Shown here in pieces: positions 21,391-33,133 of a stretch of DNA of 64,000 bases. How positions within the stretch are numbered: position 1 is the stretch's first letter; the number at the start of each line of letters is the position of its first letter. The stretch is from Gloeobacterales cyanobacterium (GTDB lineage Bacteria > Cyanobacteriota > Cyanobacteriia > Gloeobacterales > PMM-0068), in the NCBI GenBank assembly GCA_038245785.1, contig JBBRSB010000002.1, positions 32,001 through 96,000 on the forward strand, given 5' to 3'. The notes under the pieces were generated by a model. That model made no database searches, was not told the DNA's origin, and saw only the letters and a program-made list of their open reading frames with translations. The position numbers and the translations under genes were made by a program.

Positions 21391-24300
21391 TTGAACCTCT
21401 CTGAGCGGCTATCTTTGATCATCACCAAGCTGCAGCAGAATGCTGCTGTGGATATTCTCCCGCTTTGGCAGCAGAAGATTGGGGAAGATTGGCAACCAAT
21501 TACGTTGAATGAACGGTCTCTCTTTCCGTGGGAAAAGGGTGGAGCAGAAGTCCGTCTTCGGCAAACATGGAAAATTCCCCAGACGCTGAACGAGACTAGC
21601 CAGCTAACGTTGGGAGGAAGTACTCAGAGACTGCAGCTTGTCTGGTGGGCTTCAGCGGCAGAAGTTTTTATAGATGGACAGAAGGTACAAGAGGGAGATT
21701 TATTTGACCCTAAATGCCGTTTGCTCTTAGGGACAAACCTGCAACCGGGACAAACTTTTACCTTCGAACTTAAACTCAACAGCCCAAAGCATGACTTTGG
21801 TGCTCTGCAGACCTCAAAAGTATTGATCGAATATCCGCAGGAGCCCTGTGATCCGGGTAAACTAGCCGACGAGTTAGCGATTATCCATGCCTATCTAGCA
21901 GAGATTTCTAAAGGAGGATTTGAACTAGAGCCGATTGTTACTCGTTTAGAAGATCTACTTAAAACTCCGCTTAGTCAACAGTCTCTCGGCCCACTGCAAG
22001 AAACTAGAGCTTTACTACTACCGCTTAAAGAGTTTTTTAAAGAAAGAACGATTCACATGTTAGGAAATGCCCATATTGATATTGCTTGGCTTTGGCCAAT
22101 CAAAGAGACTAAAGAAGTTTTAAAAAGAACTTTTCAATCGGCATTGAAGCTACAAAAAAATTATCCAGGTTTAATTTTCAATCAGAGTAGTGCCCTGACC
22201 TATGAGTGGATAGAGCAAGAAGAACTCAAACTATTTTCAGAAATCCAAGATGCCGTAGCACAGAATCGGTGGGAATTGACAGGTGGCATGTGGATAGAGC
22301 CAGACCTGAATTTACCGAGTGGAGAAGCGCTTATCCGACAAATTCTCTATGGCAAGCAATATTTCCAAAAAAAATTCAATAAAGATATAAAAATAGCCTG
22401 GAATCCAGACAGTTTTGGCTTCTCATGGCAGTTACCTCAGATCTTAGTAAAAAGTGGATTTGAAGCTTTTATTACCCAGAAACTAGCCTGGAATGATACG
22501 AACAAGTTTCCCTATAAAGCATTCCGATGGCAAGGACTCGATGGCACTCAAATACTCACCTATTTCTCGAATGAGATTGGTCAAGGATTTGAACCAATGT
22601 CTATTGCCAAAGATGCTGCAGAATTAGAACAAAAGCATGGAATAAGGCAAGCGCTTTGGCTCTATGGAGTTGGGGATCATGGCGGAGGACCTACCGCTGA
22701 CATGTTGGACATCGCCGAAGAATGGCAACAGTCAGCTTTATTTTTCCAAGTGAAACCGCAAACAGCGGAAGGCTTTATCCAAAAGCTAAAAGAAGAGATT
22801 TCAACTCATCCACTGCCCGTCTGGAAAGACGAACTTTATTTAGAGTTTCATCGGGGGACCTTCACAACCAAAGCAGATCAGAAGCGAAAAAATCGGAAGC
22901 TAGAAGTACTCATATCCAATACAGAAAAATTTTGCTCTCTTGCAAGTATCAGCCAAAAAACAGCTTACCCGAAGCATGAGTTAGAAAATACTTGGAAGCA
23001 CTTACTGCTCAACCAATTCCACGATATTTTACCTGGTTCCTCTATCCCTGAAGTTTTTGAGGATGCCAATTTGGTTTGGCAACAGGCAGAACAATCCTGT
23101 CGATCCATTACTCAAAAGATTGGCACTAAGGTAGAAGATTCTATAGATCTATGGAACTTTCACAGTTTTCCTTTCACCGGGATGATTGAAATTCAAAAGG
23201 ATGAGTTACCATCAGGCAATAGTCTATTTATCCAAGGTAAAAGTTCATACAAAGCGATACCTTTCCAGAGAACAGAGGCAGGAATCATTTTCTATGCCAG
23301 TACTGTTCCAAGCTTAGGAAACGTTCGATACAAATACACAGACATTAGCTTTCCCCACACGAAGATTCCTGCGTTAAAGGTAGAACTTGGCACCTTAGAG
23401 AATCAGTATCTAAACGTAACCCTCGATCCAAGTACGGGGGATATCAATCAAATTCTCGATAAGCGAACGAATACAGAACTTTTAAGCAGCCTAAGCACGC
23501 TCCAATTTTTCGAGGATAGTGGTCAGTATTGGGATGCATGGAATATTGATCCCCAGTATGAGCAAAAGCAGTTGTTTGGTCTAACGCTTCAATCCTGGTC
23601 TATTCAAGAAGAAGGTCCTCTTAGAGTCTCGATCAGGAGCACGCGAAAATTCAGAAACTCAACCTTCAATCAAGAGATTCTACTAGATGCCTATAATCCT
23701 AAAATTACGGTTAGAAACTGGGTGGACTGGCAAGAGGAGCATATTTTAGTAAAAGCCTGCTTCCCCCTTACTTTTTCGGCCTCTTTCGCTAGCTATGAAA
23801 TTCCGATGGGTGTTATTCATAGAAGTACCGAGGGTGAAGAAGCAAAAGTAAAATTTGAGGTGCCTGCCCAAACATGGGCGGACCTAAGTGGAGCTAAAAC
23901 TGGATTTAGCATCCTTAATGATTGCAAGTATGGTTACGATGCCAAACCAAATCAACTCAGACTGACTTTATTACGCAGTCCAACCTGGCCTGATCCAAAT
24001 TCGGATCGGGGTTTTCATGAATTCACCTATGAGCTAGTCCCTCATCAGGGCGATTGGAGAGAAGCCGCTATTGTTCAGCAAGCCCATTTTCTGAATAATC
24101 CAGTACAGATTTATCCCTCTATCGGCCATGATCCAACTCATAGCTTCCTCTCTACTGCATCCCAAAAAACGATTCTGACCGCTTTCAAAAAAGCTGAAGC
24201 TGGAAAAAGCTGGATTATTCGGTTATATGAGTCCTTAGGGCAAGAAGTTCAAGAGACTATCCACTTTCCCTACAAAATTAGCAAAGTCCATGAATGCGAC

Positions 24301-24408
24301 CTCATGGAACATAATATCCAGGCTCTCCCTCATGATGAAAAACAATTTGATTGCTCCTTCAAACCTTATGAGATTAAAACATTCAGTGTGGTCTTCCAAA
24401 ATATTTAG
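21391..24408 (+). CDS. Alpha-mannosidase (GH38)
   Basis: GNAHIDIAWLW, W.PDSFG, YGVGDHGGGPT, ELYLEFHRG, NQFHDILPGS. Confidence 0.93.
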   Translation: MNLSERLSLIITKLQQNAAVDILPLWQQKIGEDWQPITLNERSLFPWEKGGAEVRLRQTWKIPQTLNETSQLTLGGSTQRLQLVWWASAAEVFIDGQKVQEGDLFDPKCRLLLGTNLQPGQTFTFELKLNSPKHDFGALQTSKVLIEYPQEPCDPGKLADELAIIHAYLAEISKGGFELEPIVTRLEDLLKTPLSQQSLGPLQETRALLLPLKEFFKERTIHMLGNAHIDIAWLWPIKETKEVLKRTFQSALKLQKNYPGLIFNQSSALTYEWIEQEELKLFSEIQDAVAQNRWELTGGMWIEPDLNLPSGEALIRQILYGKQYFQKKFNKDIKIAWNPDSFGFSWQLPQILVKSGFEAFITQKLAWNDTNKFPYKAFRWQGLDGTQILTYFSNEIGQGFEPMSIAKDAAELEQKHGIRQALWLYGVGDHGGGPTADMLDIAEEWQQSALFFQVKPQTAEGFIQKLKEEISTHPLPVWKDELYLEFHRGTFTTKADQKRKNRKLEVLISNTEKFCSLASISQKTAYPKHELENTWKHLLLNQFHDILPGSSIPEVFEDANLVWQQAEQSCRSITQKIGTKVEDSIDLWNFHSFPFTGMIEIQKDELPSGNSLFIQGKSSYKAIPFQRTEAGIIFYASTVPSLGNVRYKYTDISFPHTKIPALKVELGTLENQYLNVTLDPSTGDINQILDKRTNTELLSSLSTLQFFEDSGQYWDAWNIDPQYEQKQLFGLTLQSWSIQEEGPLRVSIRSTRKFRNSTFNQEILLDAYNPKITVRNWVDWQEEHILVKACFPLTFSASFASYEIPMGVIHRSTEGEEAKVKFEVPAQTWADLSGAKTGFSILNDCKYGYDAKPNQLRLTLLRSPTWPDPNSDRGFHEFTYELVPHQGDWREAAIVQQAHFLNNPVQIYPSIGHDPTHSFLSTASQKTILTAFKKAEAGKSWIIRLYESLGQEVQETIHFPYKISKVHECDLMEHNIQALPHDEKQFDCSFKPYEIKTFSVVFQNI

Positions 24409-25867
24409 TTCTCTAGGCGTAGGATTGGCTCTGCTCCTTCCCTTGAAGGTTCAGGCAGAACCGCTAAGAGAATCTTTTTGTCCAGTCTCTTCATCAGTCG
24501 CTGAGCAACTCACCGCAGCCAGGAACTCAGCACTACCTGAGTTGAAAGCAAAATTTTCTTCTGCAGACCAAATAATAGCATCAACTAATCAGGAATCAGG
24601 GAATATTCCTCAATACCGAACGGTCCTCCAGCAGTCTATGCAATTAGTCAAGCAGTCATGTCAAGGCAATAGAATCCCCAAAGAGCGAGGTATGTGGGTA
24701 CGGGCTTATCCCAACGATGGAAAAAATTTGGAAGTCTTGGGTGTTCTAGATCAGATGCTTTTGGCGGGGGTGACAGATATTTATTTGGAATCTTTCTACG
24801 AAAGTAAGACTCTTTTTCCTACAGATGACAGCACTTTTTCCAGTTGGCTTAGTCCAGATCAAGGAAACCTTCTAAGACTCTATACAGATCTGGCGCATCA
24901 ACGGGGGATGCGGGTACATGCTTGGATTCGGGGAGCTGATTTTGGTCCAGCCTATGCGGTCAAATTTCCTGAAAGATTAATACGAAACGCCTTTGGTCAA
25001 GTGTCTAACTTAAAAGGTTCCGTTCAAGATCCGAAACCTGCGTTTAATCCAACTGTGAGCATTCCTGATTTTAAAATTGCAGAGGCAGGCCATTGGTTTG
25101 TCGATCCTTCCCATCCGCAAGTGCAAAAAGACCTGCAAACAGTTGTCATAGGAGCGCTCAATCAAGGAGTAGATGGAATTGCTTTAGACTATATCCGCTA
25201 TCCCGTTGCCCAATGTTCTGAGCAAAAAGGGTGTCTCCAAAAAGACCCTCGCCTTCTCTGGCTCTTTGCCGAAGACAAAGGATTTGCTCGATTCCTTTCT
25301 TTCATGGAAAAACAGGGAATCGAACCAAAGGTAATCGATCAATGGATCAACAAAAGAAACACCTTAGATACACAAACCACCGAGACTCTGGCACGTCTTA
25401 CAGACCAATATCTACGCAGCAATGTATTAAATCTAGTCCAGCAGACAGCGCAGAATATTCCCCGAAATAAAGTGATAACGGCTGCAGTTTGGAGTGAAGG
25501 CAATCAGAAAACCGATGGTCGTATGCAGCCCTATGACAAATTTCCTTTGACTAGGGGTCCCAATTTTATGAATTATAGCTATGATCCCGTGTGCAATCCT
25601 GCTACTCCAGAACGTAGCTGCATTACCGGAGAATATGACCGAGCGCTGAGTTTCTTCCCTACAGGAAATTTTTGTACTATTCTTGCGCCCGATCCTCCCT
25701 ATCGTGTAGGACAACCAGACGGAGACCACCATGTTGCCCTTAGTGAACAAGTGAAGGTTTTACAAGAACATGCCCAACAAAAAGCACAAACCCTTGACTG
25801 TTTAAATTACTTTGCCTTTGGTTGGATTTATCCAGAGAATGACCAGCGTCGCAAAGTGGAAAAGTGA
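24368..25867 (+). CDS. Secreted glycosyl hydrolase-like family 10 (GHL10) protein
   Basis: Signal peptide, ERGMWVR, GMRVHAW, FVDPSHP.V, VDGIALDYIRYP; start uncertain. Confidence 0.7.
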   Translation: MRLKHSVWSSKIFSSLGVGLALLLPLKVQAEPLRESFCPVSSSVAEQLTAARNSALPELKAKFSSADQIIASTNQESGNIPQYRTVLQQSMQLVKQSCQGNRIPKERGMWVRAYPNDGKNLEVLGVLDQMLLAGVTDIYLESFYESKTLFPTDDSTFSSWLSPDQGNLLRLYTDLAHQRGMRVHAWIRGADFGPAYAVKFPERLIRNAFGQVSNLKGSVQDPKPAFNPTVSIPDFKIAEAGHWFVDPSHPQVQKDLQTVVIGALNQGVDGIALDYIRYPVAQCSEQKGCLQKDPRLLWLFAEDKGFARFLSFMEKQGIEPKVIDQWINKRNTLDTQTTETLARLTDQYLRSNVLNLVQQTAQNIPRNKVITAAVWSEGNQKTDGRMQPYDKFPLTRGPNFMNYSYDPVCNPATPERSCITGEYDRALSFFPTGNFCTILAPDPPYRVGQPDGDHHVALSEQVKVLQEHAQQKAQTLDCLNYFAFGWIYPENDQRRKVEK

Positions 25868-25915
25868 AACTTGATGCCCTATCAGTAAGATGGATAAAGA
25901 CTTAGATTTAGCCCT

Positions 25916-26221
25916 ATGACCACCCTCACGCCAGAAGAACAGAAAATGCAACGTGCGCGGTTGCGTGCAGAAATGAAAGCGCCTACTCGGATTCTGCGCT
26001 TGGGAATCTATGGAACTTTTGCAGCGATGGGATTAATTGGAACCTTAAGTTTTCTATCTCGAACGCTGGCGAGTATCGGAGAGGCAACCTTCTTCACCAA
26101 TTTTTTCTGGACGCTAGCCCATGTGGGATTGATTGCAGCCATGGTTAGCCTATATCGTCTGGAAAAAGGGAAAGACCAGGCTTTGTATGAGAAATTTCTC
26201 GCGGAAGAACAGCGTCGCTAA
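25916..26221 (+). CDS. DUF3493 (LPA1-like) membrane protein
   Basis: RARLRAE.KAP.R.LR..IY motif plus two TM helices. Confidence 0.7.
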   Translation: MTTLTPEEQKMQRARLRAEMKAPTRILRLGIYGTFAAMGLIGTLSFLSRTLASIGEATFFTNFFWTLAHVGLIAAMVSLYRLEKGKDQALYEKFLAEEQRR

Positions 26222-26253
26222 CGTCCCTATTTGATCTAAAAACGACTGTGCAT

Positions 26254-26282
26254 ACCCCGTCCGCTTGCTACGGGGGTTTTTT
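26254..26282 (+). terminator. Intrinsic terminator
   Basis: ccccgt-ccgcttgct-acgggg followed by a T run. Confidence 0.65.
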
Positions 26283-26325
26283 ATTTATTCTGGAGATTCA
26301 CAAGAACAGGAAATGGCTCTGTGCG

Positions 26326-26766
26326 TCAATCCTTTAGTTCAATCGGCTCATCGAAGATTTCAAACGCTGAGAACGGGCAGACTTGGGGAAGTTGGTCTGG
26401 GTCGAGGGGCGTCTCTTTACCCAACAAGTCCAATCCTTGTTCATAGCCGATTTCAATTGCCTCTGGCAGATAGGGTTTGAGGCTGGGGTTTTCTTTCAGG
26501 TGACGTTGAATCTCCCGACGCTGTTCACGGATAGTGTAGAACCAGCTTTTAGAGCGTTCCTCTGGTTGATAACGCCACTTTAACAGATGCCCCAAGAGCA
26601 CCCCAAGGCGGTTGCGCAGCTCTTGGCGTTGTTGCTTACCCAAGGACTCGATCTCCTCAATTAAGTTCTCAATATCGACTTGCTTCCACTGCCCCGTTTT
26701 CAGTAGTTCAGCTTGTTGCTGCGTCCAGGCGTAAAAGTCTTGATCATAAAGTGTTGTGGTTTGCAT
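26326..26766 (-). CDS. DUF29 family protein
   Basis: LYDQDFYAWTQQQA.LL, D.ENLIEEIESLG, HLLKW.YQP, NPSLK. Confidence 0.9.
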   Translation of the reverse strand: MQTTTLYDQDFYAWTQQQAELLKTGQWKQVDIENLIEEIESLGKQQRQELRNRLGVLLGHLLKWRYQPEERSKSWFYTIREQRREIQRHLKENPSLKPYLPEAIEIGYEQGLDLLGKETPLDPDQLPQVCPFSAFEIFDEPIELKD

Positions 26767-26972
26767 TTGGCACCTCGGTAAGGAGATCTTGCTGGAGGAA
26801 ACTGATTCCATTATCTACCATTGAAGATTTTGGAAATTTGAAAATAGCATGGGCGATTCAAAATGCCATCAGTTTCTTGGCGGGACACTATGTTGATTGG
26901 GAATATCTTCTGGATTCTGAGCCATTGTTGCTTCTAATGGAATGCTAGCTCTTTATGAAAATAGAATTGAAT

Positions 26973-27281
26973 TTATGCACCCATATCATGTTCTTGGACT
27001 AGAACGAAAGGATCAACAATAACAGCCATATATTTTTGGCTTTCCAGTTTACTACGACGTGAAATCTCATCATTCTCAGGCTTGTAAATCAATCCTTCAC
27101 TAAGCCAATGAGCAATTTTTTGGGTTGAATCATTAGCGAGTGCTATTCCAACCTCGATCAGCTCTAGAGGTGTTTGGACCATAACCACTCTTCCATCTAC
27201 AGCGGGCAATGCAAGAATTTCCCAAGTAGCTTCATCTAGCGTACTTTCGATGCGTGTTCTAACATCAGGTTCTGGGTTCAT
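26973..27281 (-). CDS. DUF2288 family protein
   Basis: W..L.....G.V..V...L.L.EVG.A.A.D, AVIV.PFVLVQ. Confidence 0.8.
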   Translation of the reverse strand: MNPEPDVRTRIESTLDEATWEILALPAVDGRVVMVQTPLELIEVGIALANDSTQKIAHWLSEGLIYKPENDEISRRSKLESQKYMAVIVDPFVLVQEHDMGA

Positions 27282-27310
27282 TTAGAATCCTCAAGCTCTT
27301 ACTAGATTAG

Positions 27311-27413
27311 CATAACCCCCGGCTATCGCCGTCCCCCACCCTCCGGGAAGGCTACGCCTAATGCCAAGGGGGACTACAGGGGGGTCTTCTATTTAATTCC
27401 ATTCAGTTACTTA
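27311..27413. repeat. Dispersed palindromic/MITE-like repeat, copy A
   Basis: Shares cataaccccYggctatcgccgtccccc ... ggggactacaggRgg ... ttaattcca...agYtactta with 36065-36208. Confidence 0.8.
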
Positions 27414-27418
27414 GGCTT

Positions 27419-28765
27419 CTACATCAGATGCCGTTGAACAAAATCAGTATAAACCTCACCTCGATTGAAGTAGGGATTGTCTAGGATACGCAAATGAAAT
27501 GGAATGGTAGTAGGAACTCCTGTGATTGCATATTCTTGTAACGCTCTGCGCATTCGTCGAATCGCTGATGCCCGGTCTGGTGCCCAAACAATCAGTTTGC
27601 CAATCAAAGAATCATAATAGGGAGGGATATGGTAGCCCGTATAAAGATGAGAATCTACGCGCACTCCGGGGCCACCCGGAGGTAAATAGGCACTCACCAA
27701 ACCAGGACTTGGACGAAAATCTTTTTCAGGGTCCTCTGCATTGATCCGACATTCAATCGAATGGCCGCGAATTTGAATATCTTTTTGGTGATAACCAAGC
27801 TTTTCACCGGCGGCGATGCGTATTTGTTCTGCTACTAAATCTAAGCCCGTAATCGACTCTGTAACCGGATGTTCTACTTGAATCCGGGTATTCATTTCCA
27901 TGAAATAAAATTCACCCGTACTGTCTAATAAGAACTCGACGGTTCCTGCTCCCACATAGCTGATATGTTTTGCGGCTTTGACCGCAGCGTCTCCCATCTT
28001 GGTCCTTAGTCTGGGAGTTAAAGCTGGACTAGGAGCTTCTTCGAGGAGCTTTTGGTGACGGCGCTGAATGGAACAATCCCGTTCGCCTAAGTGGACGACA
28101 TTGCCAAAGCGGTCTGCCAGGATTTGGAACTCGATATGACGAGGTTCTTTCAGATACTTTTCCAGATATACGCCCTGATTCCCAAAAGAGGCTCCTGCCT
28201 CTGCTTGAGCAGTTTGGAGCATCTTCGCCAATTCACTTTGACCGTTTACGATGCGCATCCCTCTGCCACCACCGCCTGCAGTCGCTTTGATGATCACGGG
28301 ATAGCCAATCGTTTCTGCGGCTTCCAGGGCTTCTTCTTCTGATGCCAACAAGCCTTTAGAGCCTGGGACCGTCGGCACCCCGACTTTTTGCATCGTGCTC
28401 CGGGCCGTGGACTTATCGCCCATAAGATTGATCGCTTCGGCTGGGGCTCCGATGAAGGTCAACTGATGGTCGGTACAAATTTCGGCAAAACGGCTATTTT
28501 CAGAAAGGAAACCATAGCCAGGATGGATCGCATCACAATCTCTGACTAAAGCAGCGGAGATGAGATTGGGGATATTCAGATAGCTTTGACTACTGGAGGG
28601 AGGACCGATGCAAATCGCTTCACTAGCCAGCTTGACATGCAGTGAATCCTGGTCTGCGGTGGAATGGACTGCCACCGTTGCTATACCTAGCTCTTCACAG
28701 GCTCGAATAATTCTGAGGGCAATTTCCCCCCGATTGGCAATCAAAATCTTACGAAAATAAGCCAC
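27419..28765 (-). CDS. accC: Acetyl-CoA carboxylase biotin carboxylase subunit
   Basis: [43 protein letters not shown]. Confidence 0.97.
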   Translation of the reverse strand: MAYFRKILIANRGEIALRIIRACEELGIATVAVHSTADQDSLHVKLASEAICIGPPSSSQSYLNIPNLISAALVRDCDAIHPGYGFLSENSRFAEICTDHQLTFIGAPAEAINLMGDKSTARSTMQKVGVPTVPGSKGLLASEEEALEAAETIGYPVIIKATAGGGGRGMRIVNGQSELAKMLQTAQAEAGASFGNQGVYLEKYLKEPRHIEFQILADRFGNVVHLGERDCSIQRRHQKLLEEAPSPALTPRLRTKMGDAAVKAAKHISYVGAGTVEFLLDSTGEFYFMEMNTRIQVEHPVTESITGLDLVAEQIRIAAGEKLGYHQKDIQIRGHSIECRINAEDPEKDFRPSPGLVSAYLPPGGPGVRVDSHLYTGYHIPPYYDSLIGKLIVWAPDRASAIRRMRRALQEYAITGVPTTIPFHLRILDNPYFNRGEVYTDFVQRHLM

Positions 28766-28893
28766 AATATTTTCCGCCGTGGTTCCAAAGGAGTTAGGGG
28801 CGGTGCTGATCCTAGCACTTTCACGGGGCAGAACCGACCGATAATAAGGATACGGTCTGTGCTCTTATGGTTTCTTGAACCCACCCAAACTCA

Positions 28894-30903
28894 ATGCCTA
28901 CAACCTCTCCCCCTAATCTCCAGTTCCCGATTACCGCTGTCATTGGTCAGGAAGCTATTAAATTAGCCTTGCTTCTTGCGGCCGCAGACCCCGGCCTAGG
29001 GGGGGTGGCGATCAGTGGGCGTAGAGGGACGGCTAAATCAGTCTTGGCTCGCGGCATCCATAGCCTGCTGCCGCCGATTGAAGTGGTGAAGTCGAGTTGG
29101 TGTAATGCTACGGTTCAAGAGTGCAAGGAATATCCGAGCATCTGCACCAATAAATCTCACACCCTCAAAGTAATTAAGCCCACTTTTGTCCAAGTCCCGC
29201 TTGGCGTGACGGAAGACCGCCTGCTCGGAGCCGTAGATGTCGAGCAATCCGTCAAACAAGGACAACCGATTTTTCAACCAGGGCTTTTGGCTCAAGCGCA
29301 CCGAGGCGTTCTCTATGTAGATGAACTAAATCTGCTTGATGAGGGGATCATCAACACCCTGCTCAATGTTTTGACTGATGGCGTGAACCGGGTGGAGCGA
29401 GAAGGATTGAGTGTGGTCCATCCCTGTCGTCCTCTTTTAATTGCTACCTTCAACCCAGAAGAAGGAGCAGTACGTGAGCATCTCCTCGACCGCATAGCCA
29501 TCACGCTCTCTGCCGATGAAGTTCTAGGGCTGGATGAACGGGTAGATGCCGTACAGCAGGCTCTCAAGTTTAGTCGGTCGCCAGAGGCTTTTTTAGCCCA
29601 GTACGACCAGGAGTTAGAAGAACTGCGCCTCGATATTATTTTGGCGCGGGAACGACTCAAGGATGTCCAGCTTTCCGAAGAACAAATGGCCTACCTCGTA
29701 GAAGAAGCAATCCGGGGTGGAGTGATTGGTCATCGGGCTGAAATTTTTGCCGAACGGGTGGCTCGTGTTCATGCTGCACTTGATGAACGGACCCGCGTAG
29801 AAGCAGAAGACCTCAAGCGGGCCGTGGAATTGGTCATTATCCCCCGGTCTACCTTGGTAGATTCACCCCCGGACGAACCACCGCCGCCGCCCCCACCACC
29901 ACCACCTCCTGAGGATGACCAGGAGGATGAGGAAGAAAATGATCAGGACCAAGACGAAGAGCAAGAGGAGAATGAGCAGGAAGACGAAGAGGATGACACA
30001 CCCCCTCCCATTCCCGAAGAATTCGTCTTTGATGCAGAAGGCGTGCTCCTAGACCCCAATCTGCTCTACTTTGCCCAGTTGGCTAAACGGAAAGGGAAAG
30101 CAGGGGCGAGGAGCAAGATTTATAGCGAAACGCAAGGCCGCTATATCAAACCGATGCTGCCCAAAGGGAAGATCACCCGAGTTGCAGTCGATGCCACCTT
30201 GAGAGCCGCCGCTCCCTATCAAAAAATGCGCAGGGAGCTACATCCAGGCCGAAAAGTGATCATCGAGAAAGGGGACCTCCGGGCCAAGCGCCTAGCACGC
30301 AAGGCAGGAGCACTGGTGATCTTTGTCGTCGATGCCTCCGGTTCTATGGCCCTCAATCGGATGCGTTCTGCTAAAGGTGCGGTGTTGCGTCTCTTGACAG
30401 AAGCTTATCAAAGCCGCGATAAGGTCGCTTTGATTCCTTTTCGGGGTGAACGGGCCGATGTCCTCTTACCGCCTACCCGCTCTATCGAACAAGCTCGTCG
30501 TCGTCTCGATGCTCTGCCCTGTGGTGGCGGCTCTCCGCTGGCCCATGCGCTGATGTTGGCGATGCAGGTCGGCACCAATGCCCAAAAATCTGGGGATGTA
30601 GGACAGGTGATTCTGGTCGCTATTACCGATGGACGGGGCAATATTCCGCTAGCCCGCTCTTTAGGAGAAGTCCAGGAAGAGGGTGAGAAGGTGGACGTGA
30701 AAGAGGAACTGCTGGAGGTGGCGAAACAAGTGCGCGGGGTTGGCTTCAAGTTCCTGGTCATTGATACGGAAAATAAATTTGTCTCAACGGGCTTGGCGAA
30801 AAAGCTAGCAGAAAATGGTGGAGGCCGATATTTCTACCTGCCACGAGCGGACGACCGTACGATCGCAGCTACAGCACGCCAAGCGATCCAAAGCCTGAAA
30901 TAA
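28894..30903 (+). CDS. chlD: Magnesium chelatase subunit D
   Basis: AAA+ N-domain, poly-Pro/acidic linker, vWA domain with DASGSM. Confidence 0.95.
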   Translation: MPTTSPPNLQFPITAVIGQEAIKLALLLAAADPGLGGVAISGRRGTAKSVLARGIHSLLPPIEVVKSSWCNATVQECKEYPSICTNKSHTLKVIKPTFVQVPLGVTEDRLLGAVDVEQSVKQGQPIFQPGLLAQAHRGVLYVDELNLLDEGIINTLLNVLTDGVNRVEREGLSVVHPCRPLLIATFNPEEGAVREHLLDRIAITLSADEVLGLDERVDAVQQALKFSRSPEAFLAQYDQELEELRLDIILARERLKDVQLSEEQMAYLVEEAIRGGVIGHRAEIFAERVARVHAALDERTRVEAEDLKRAVELVIIPRSTLVDSPPDEPPPPPPPPPPPEDDQEDEEENDQDQDEEQEENEQEDEEDDTPPPIPEEFVFDAEGVLLDPNLLYFAQLAKRKGKAGARSKIYSETQGRYIKPMLPKGKITRVAVDATLRAAAPYQKMRRELHPGRKVIIEKGDLRAKRLARKAGALVIFVVDASGSMALNRMRSAKGAVLRLLTEAYQSRDKVALIPFRGERADVLLPPTRSIEQARRRLDALPCGGGSPLAHALMLAMQVGTNAQKSGDVGQVILVAITDGRGNIPLARSLGEVQEEGEKVDVKEELLEVAKQVRGVGFKFLVIDTENKFVSTGLAKKLAENGGGRYFYLPRADDRTIAATARQAIQSLK

Positions 30904-30908
30904 ATAAA

Positions 30909-30938
30909 TTGACAGGTGTGTTAGAAAGAGAGTAAGTT
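30909..30938 (+). promoter_or_regulatory. Sigma70-type promoter of tRNA-fMet
   Basis: TTGACA (30909-14), 18-nt spacer, TAAGTT (30933-38) just upstream of the tRNA. Confidence 0.6.
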
Positions 30939-30951
30939 GTAAGACTGACGT

Positions 30952-31028
<77 letters not shown>

Positions 31029-31030
31029 AT

Positions 31031-31070
31031 AAAATAGAGACTGGGAAAATATTCCCGGTCTCTATTTTTT
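31031..31070 (+). terminator. Terminator after tRNA-fMet
   Basis: aaaatagagactgggaa-aata-ttcccggtctctatttttt. Confidence 0.8.
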
Positions 31071-31159
31071 AGCTATATGTAATGGATACAAATTTAAAGG
31101 GTGATATCGCTGGGCAAATTCTCTAGTAGAAGTAACAGACAAAGGCAGAGGTTAACAGT

Positions 31160-32072
31160 TTGACGGCTCGATGGGACGAGACATGGCATAGGCTGCGAGA
31201 GTGGACAAATGGTCAGGCTCAGTCGGAGCGACTAGCAGCGCAAATTTTGGTCGAAGAGGGCTATAAAGATTTAGATCCCATCCATCCATTAGGTGGAAAA
31301 GATGGAAGAAAAGATGCTACTTGCGAGAAGGATGGTAAGAAATGGTTAATGGCTGTTTACTTTCCAAGTGGACAACAACCGTTTTCTCAAATTAAGAAAA
31401 AGTTTCTTGGCGACCTTGACGGTGTAGGGCCCAACAGTGCAGATGGGCTAGCCTTCGTCACTAATCAGAAACTTACTCAAGGAGAGCGTAAGACTCTTAA
31501 GAAATCTGCTGGAAAAGGTTATATTGAATTATTTCACTTGGAGAGAGTCACTGCAATCCTCGACAAGCCTGGGATGAGTAGTGTTCGGAAGCAGTTCCTC
31601 GGGGTAGATTGTAAGGAATGGCCTAATATTAAAATACGGTTCCATCAGGTTTTTTCTCGCTACAGTAAAGCAGGCCCATTTCTACGAGAGCTTCCGATAT
31701 TCAATAATTTACTGCCTGAAGACTATGCCTATAGTAAAATTTGTATCGACATAGAAAACACTGGATTAGTGCAAGCAAAAAATATTAAGTTAACTCTATA
31801 CCCACAAGAATTTGAAAGAGGCGTTTCTATTTCACCAAAAGAAAAACATGTGACTGCAAATTTTTATTCTTCATACTCTTACTTAAACTTTGAATTCTCT
31901 AATCTCAATAGGGATGAACGCAGAATATGTGCTGATTGGTTTCATATAAATTTCAGTAATGGAGCTATGAACTATTGATGGTAATTTTGAAGCGGTAAAA
32001 GGTAAAAAAATTAAATGGGAGCTCACTTGCGATGATATGCCAGGGCGATCAGGTGTATTAGAAGTCTCATGA
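31160..32072 (+). CDS. Restriction-endonuclease-like (PD-(D/E)xK/Mrr-like) N-terminal domain protein, possibly frameshifted near 31970
   Basis: ERLAAQIL..EGY..LDP.HPLGG.DG.KD, LAFVTNQ; ORF stops at 31978 but the +1 frame continues TIDGNF...WELTCDDMPGRSGVLEVS* to 32072. Confidence 0.6.
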
Positions 32073-32195
32073 CTTTCGTGAGGTTACTGAGGCAGAATGT
32101 AACATAGATGGTCTAAACCCAATTAGCTCAATTTAGATGACCATGATATTATCCTGTCCGAGTTCCTGGGCAGCAGCCCAAATCGGAGAACGTGG

Positions 32196-32450
32196 ATGAG
32201 TAATCCTAGAGTTTTTGCAGACTTTCACAACGCCGATGCGCAGGGTCACCTGCGGCTGAACTGTATTGGAACCTTTGAGGACCTGGCGAATCAAAACATT
32301 GAGTTGCAGAATGGGCAATTCCTCACACTGTACAGCGAAGATTTAGAAATGGATGGAGTCATGCAATATTCTGAAGATGAGAATCTGTGGGTTGCCATCA
32401 TCGATTGGGAAAAAATTAGGCAAGTCGAAGAGCTGGTAATTCAAGGATAA
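32196..32450 (+). CDS. Small acidic hypothetical protein
   Basis: 84-aa ORF (RVFADFHNAD..G.LRL..GT..DL, WVA.IDW) with upstream GGAG. Confidence 0.65.
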   Translation: MSNPRVFADFHNADAQGHLRLNCIGTFEDLANQNIELQNGQFLTLYSEDLEMDGVMQYSEDENLWVAIIDWEKIRQVEELVIQG

Positions 32451-32461
32451 CGCAAGGAAAA

Positions 32462-33133
32462 TCACTGAGCTGAAGGAAGCCAACTTTTAGGAAGTTCATT
32501 CACATCTTCTACCAAGAAATCTGCGTACACCCATATCCGAGAACCATTATAAAGATCTCTAAGAATAGGCTTCGGGGCACCGGATTTATCCCATGGCTGG
32601 AGATCGGAGTCTAGTTCGCAGAAACCGACCCAGGAATGTCCCTCTAGCTGTAGCTCCTCAGCCCGAACTAGCAACCCTGCCAAGATAGCCATGTCGTAGG
32701 GCTTAAGAGAGAGGTCCATCGCACCAATAGACACCTGCCGTTTCAGCATGGGCTGCGAGAGTGGAAAGACATGGAGACTAGGATGTTTAGCTAACGCACT
32801 CATCCGTTCTGGAACTTTCGTCAGTTCGTTTGCAACCAAGCCGTCAAACTGGTCGAATACTCGGAACGCTGTCTCCGCGTCCTCCGCAGACACGCGGCCT
32901 CCTTCTCTTGCCCATCTGACAAACTTGCGTAAATCTTCAGAGCGTGCGCGCGGGGTGAATCGTCTGGGTACAGTTTCAAGCGCTTCTGTAAGGCATACTG
33001 CAGGCACATGTAACTCAAACTCGCCAGCCTCCGCGCGTGAGAGTAACTTAACCGCCTGCAGACTCTGTAAATGTGCTGGTGCAACAACATCAACGACCCA
33101 GTTTGTTTCAACCAGAACTGCCGTGGGCTTCAC
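32462..33133 (-). CDS. PIN-domain-like protein
   Basis: N-terminal VLVETNWV, VP.VCL.E, LKPYD.AILA, F.ELD.DL fit the PIN acidic tetrad pattern. Confidence 0.65.
   Translation of the reverse strand: MKPTAVLVETNWVVDVVAPAHLQSLQAVKLLSRAEAGEFELHVPAVCLTEALETVPRRFTPRARSEDLRKFVRWAREGGRVSAEDAETAFRVFDQFDGLVANELTKVPERMSALAKHPSLHVFPLSQPMLKRQVSIGAMDLSLKPYDMAILAGLLVRAEELQLEGHSWVGFCELDSDLQPWDKSGAPKPILRDLYNGSRIWVYADFLVEDVNELPKSWLPSAQ

Noticed and set aside
29860..30010. Poly-Pro/acidic low-complexity tract
   Set aside because: This is the normal ChlD linker.
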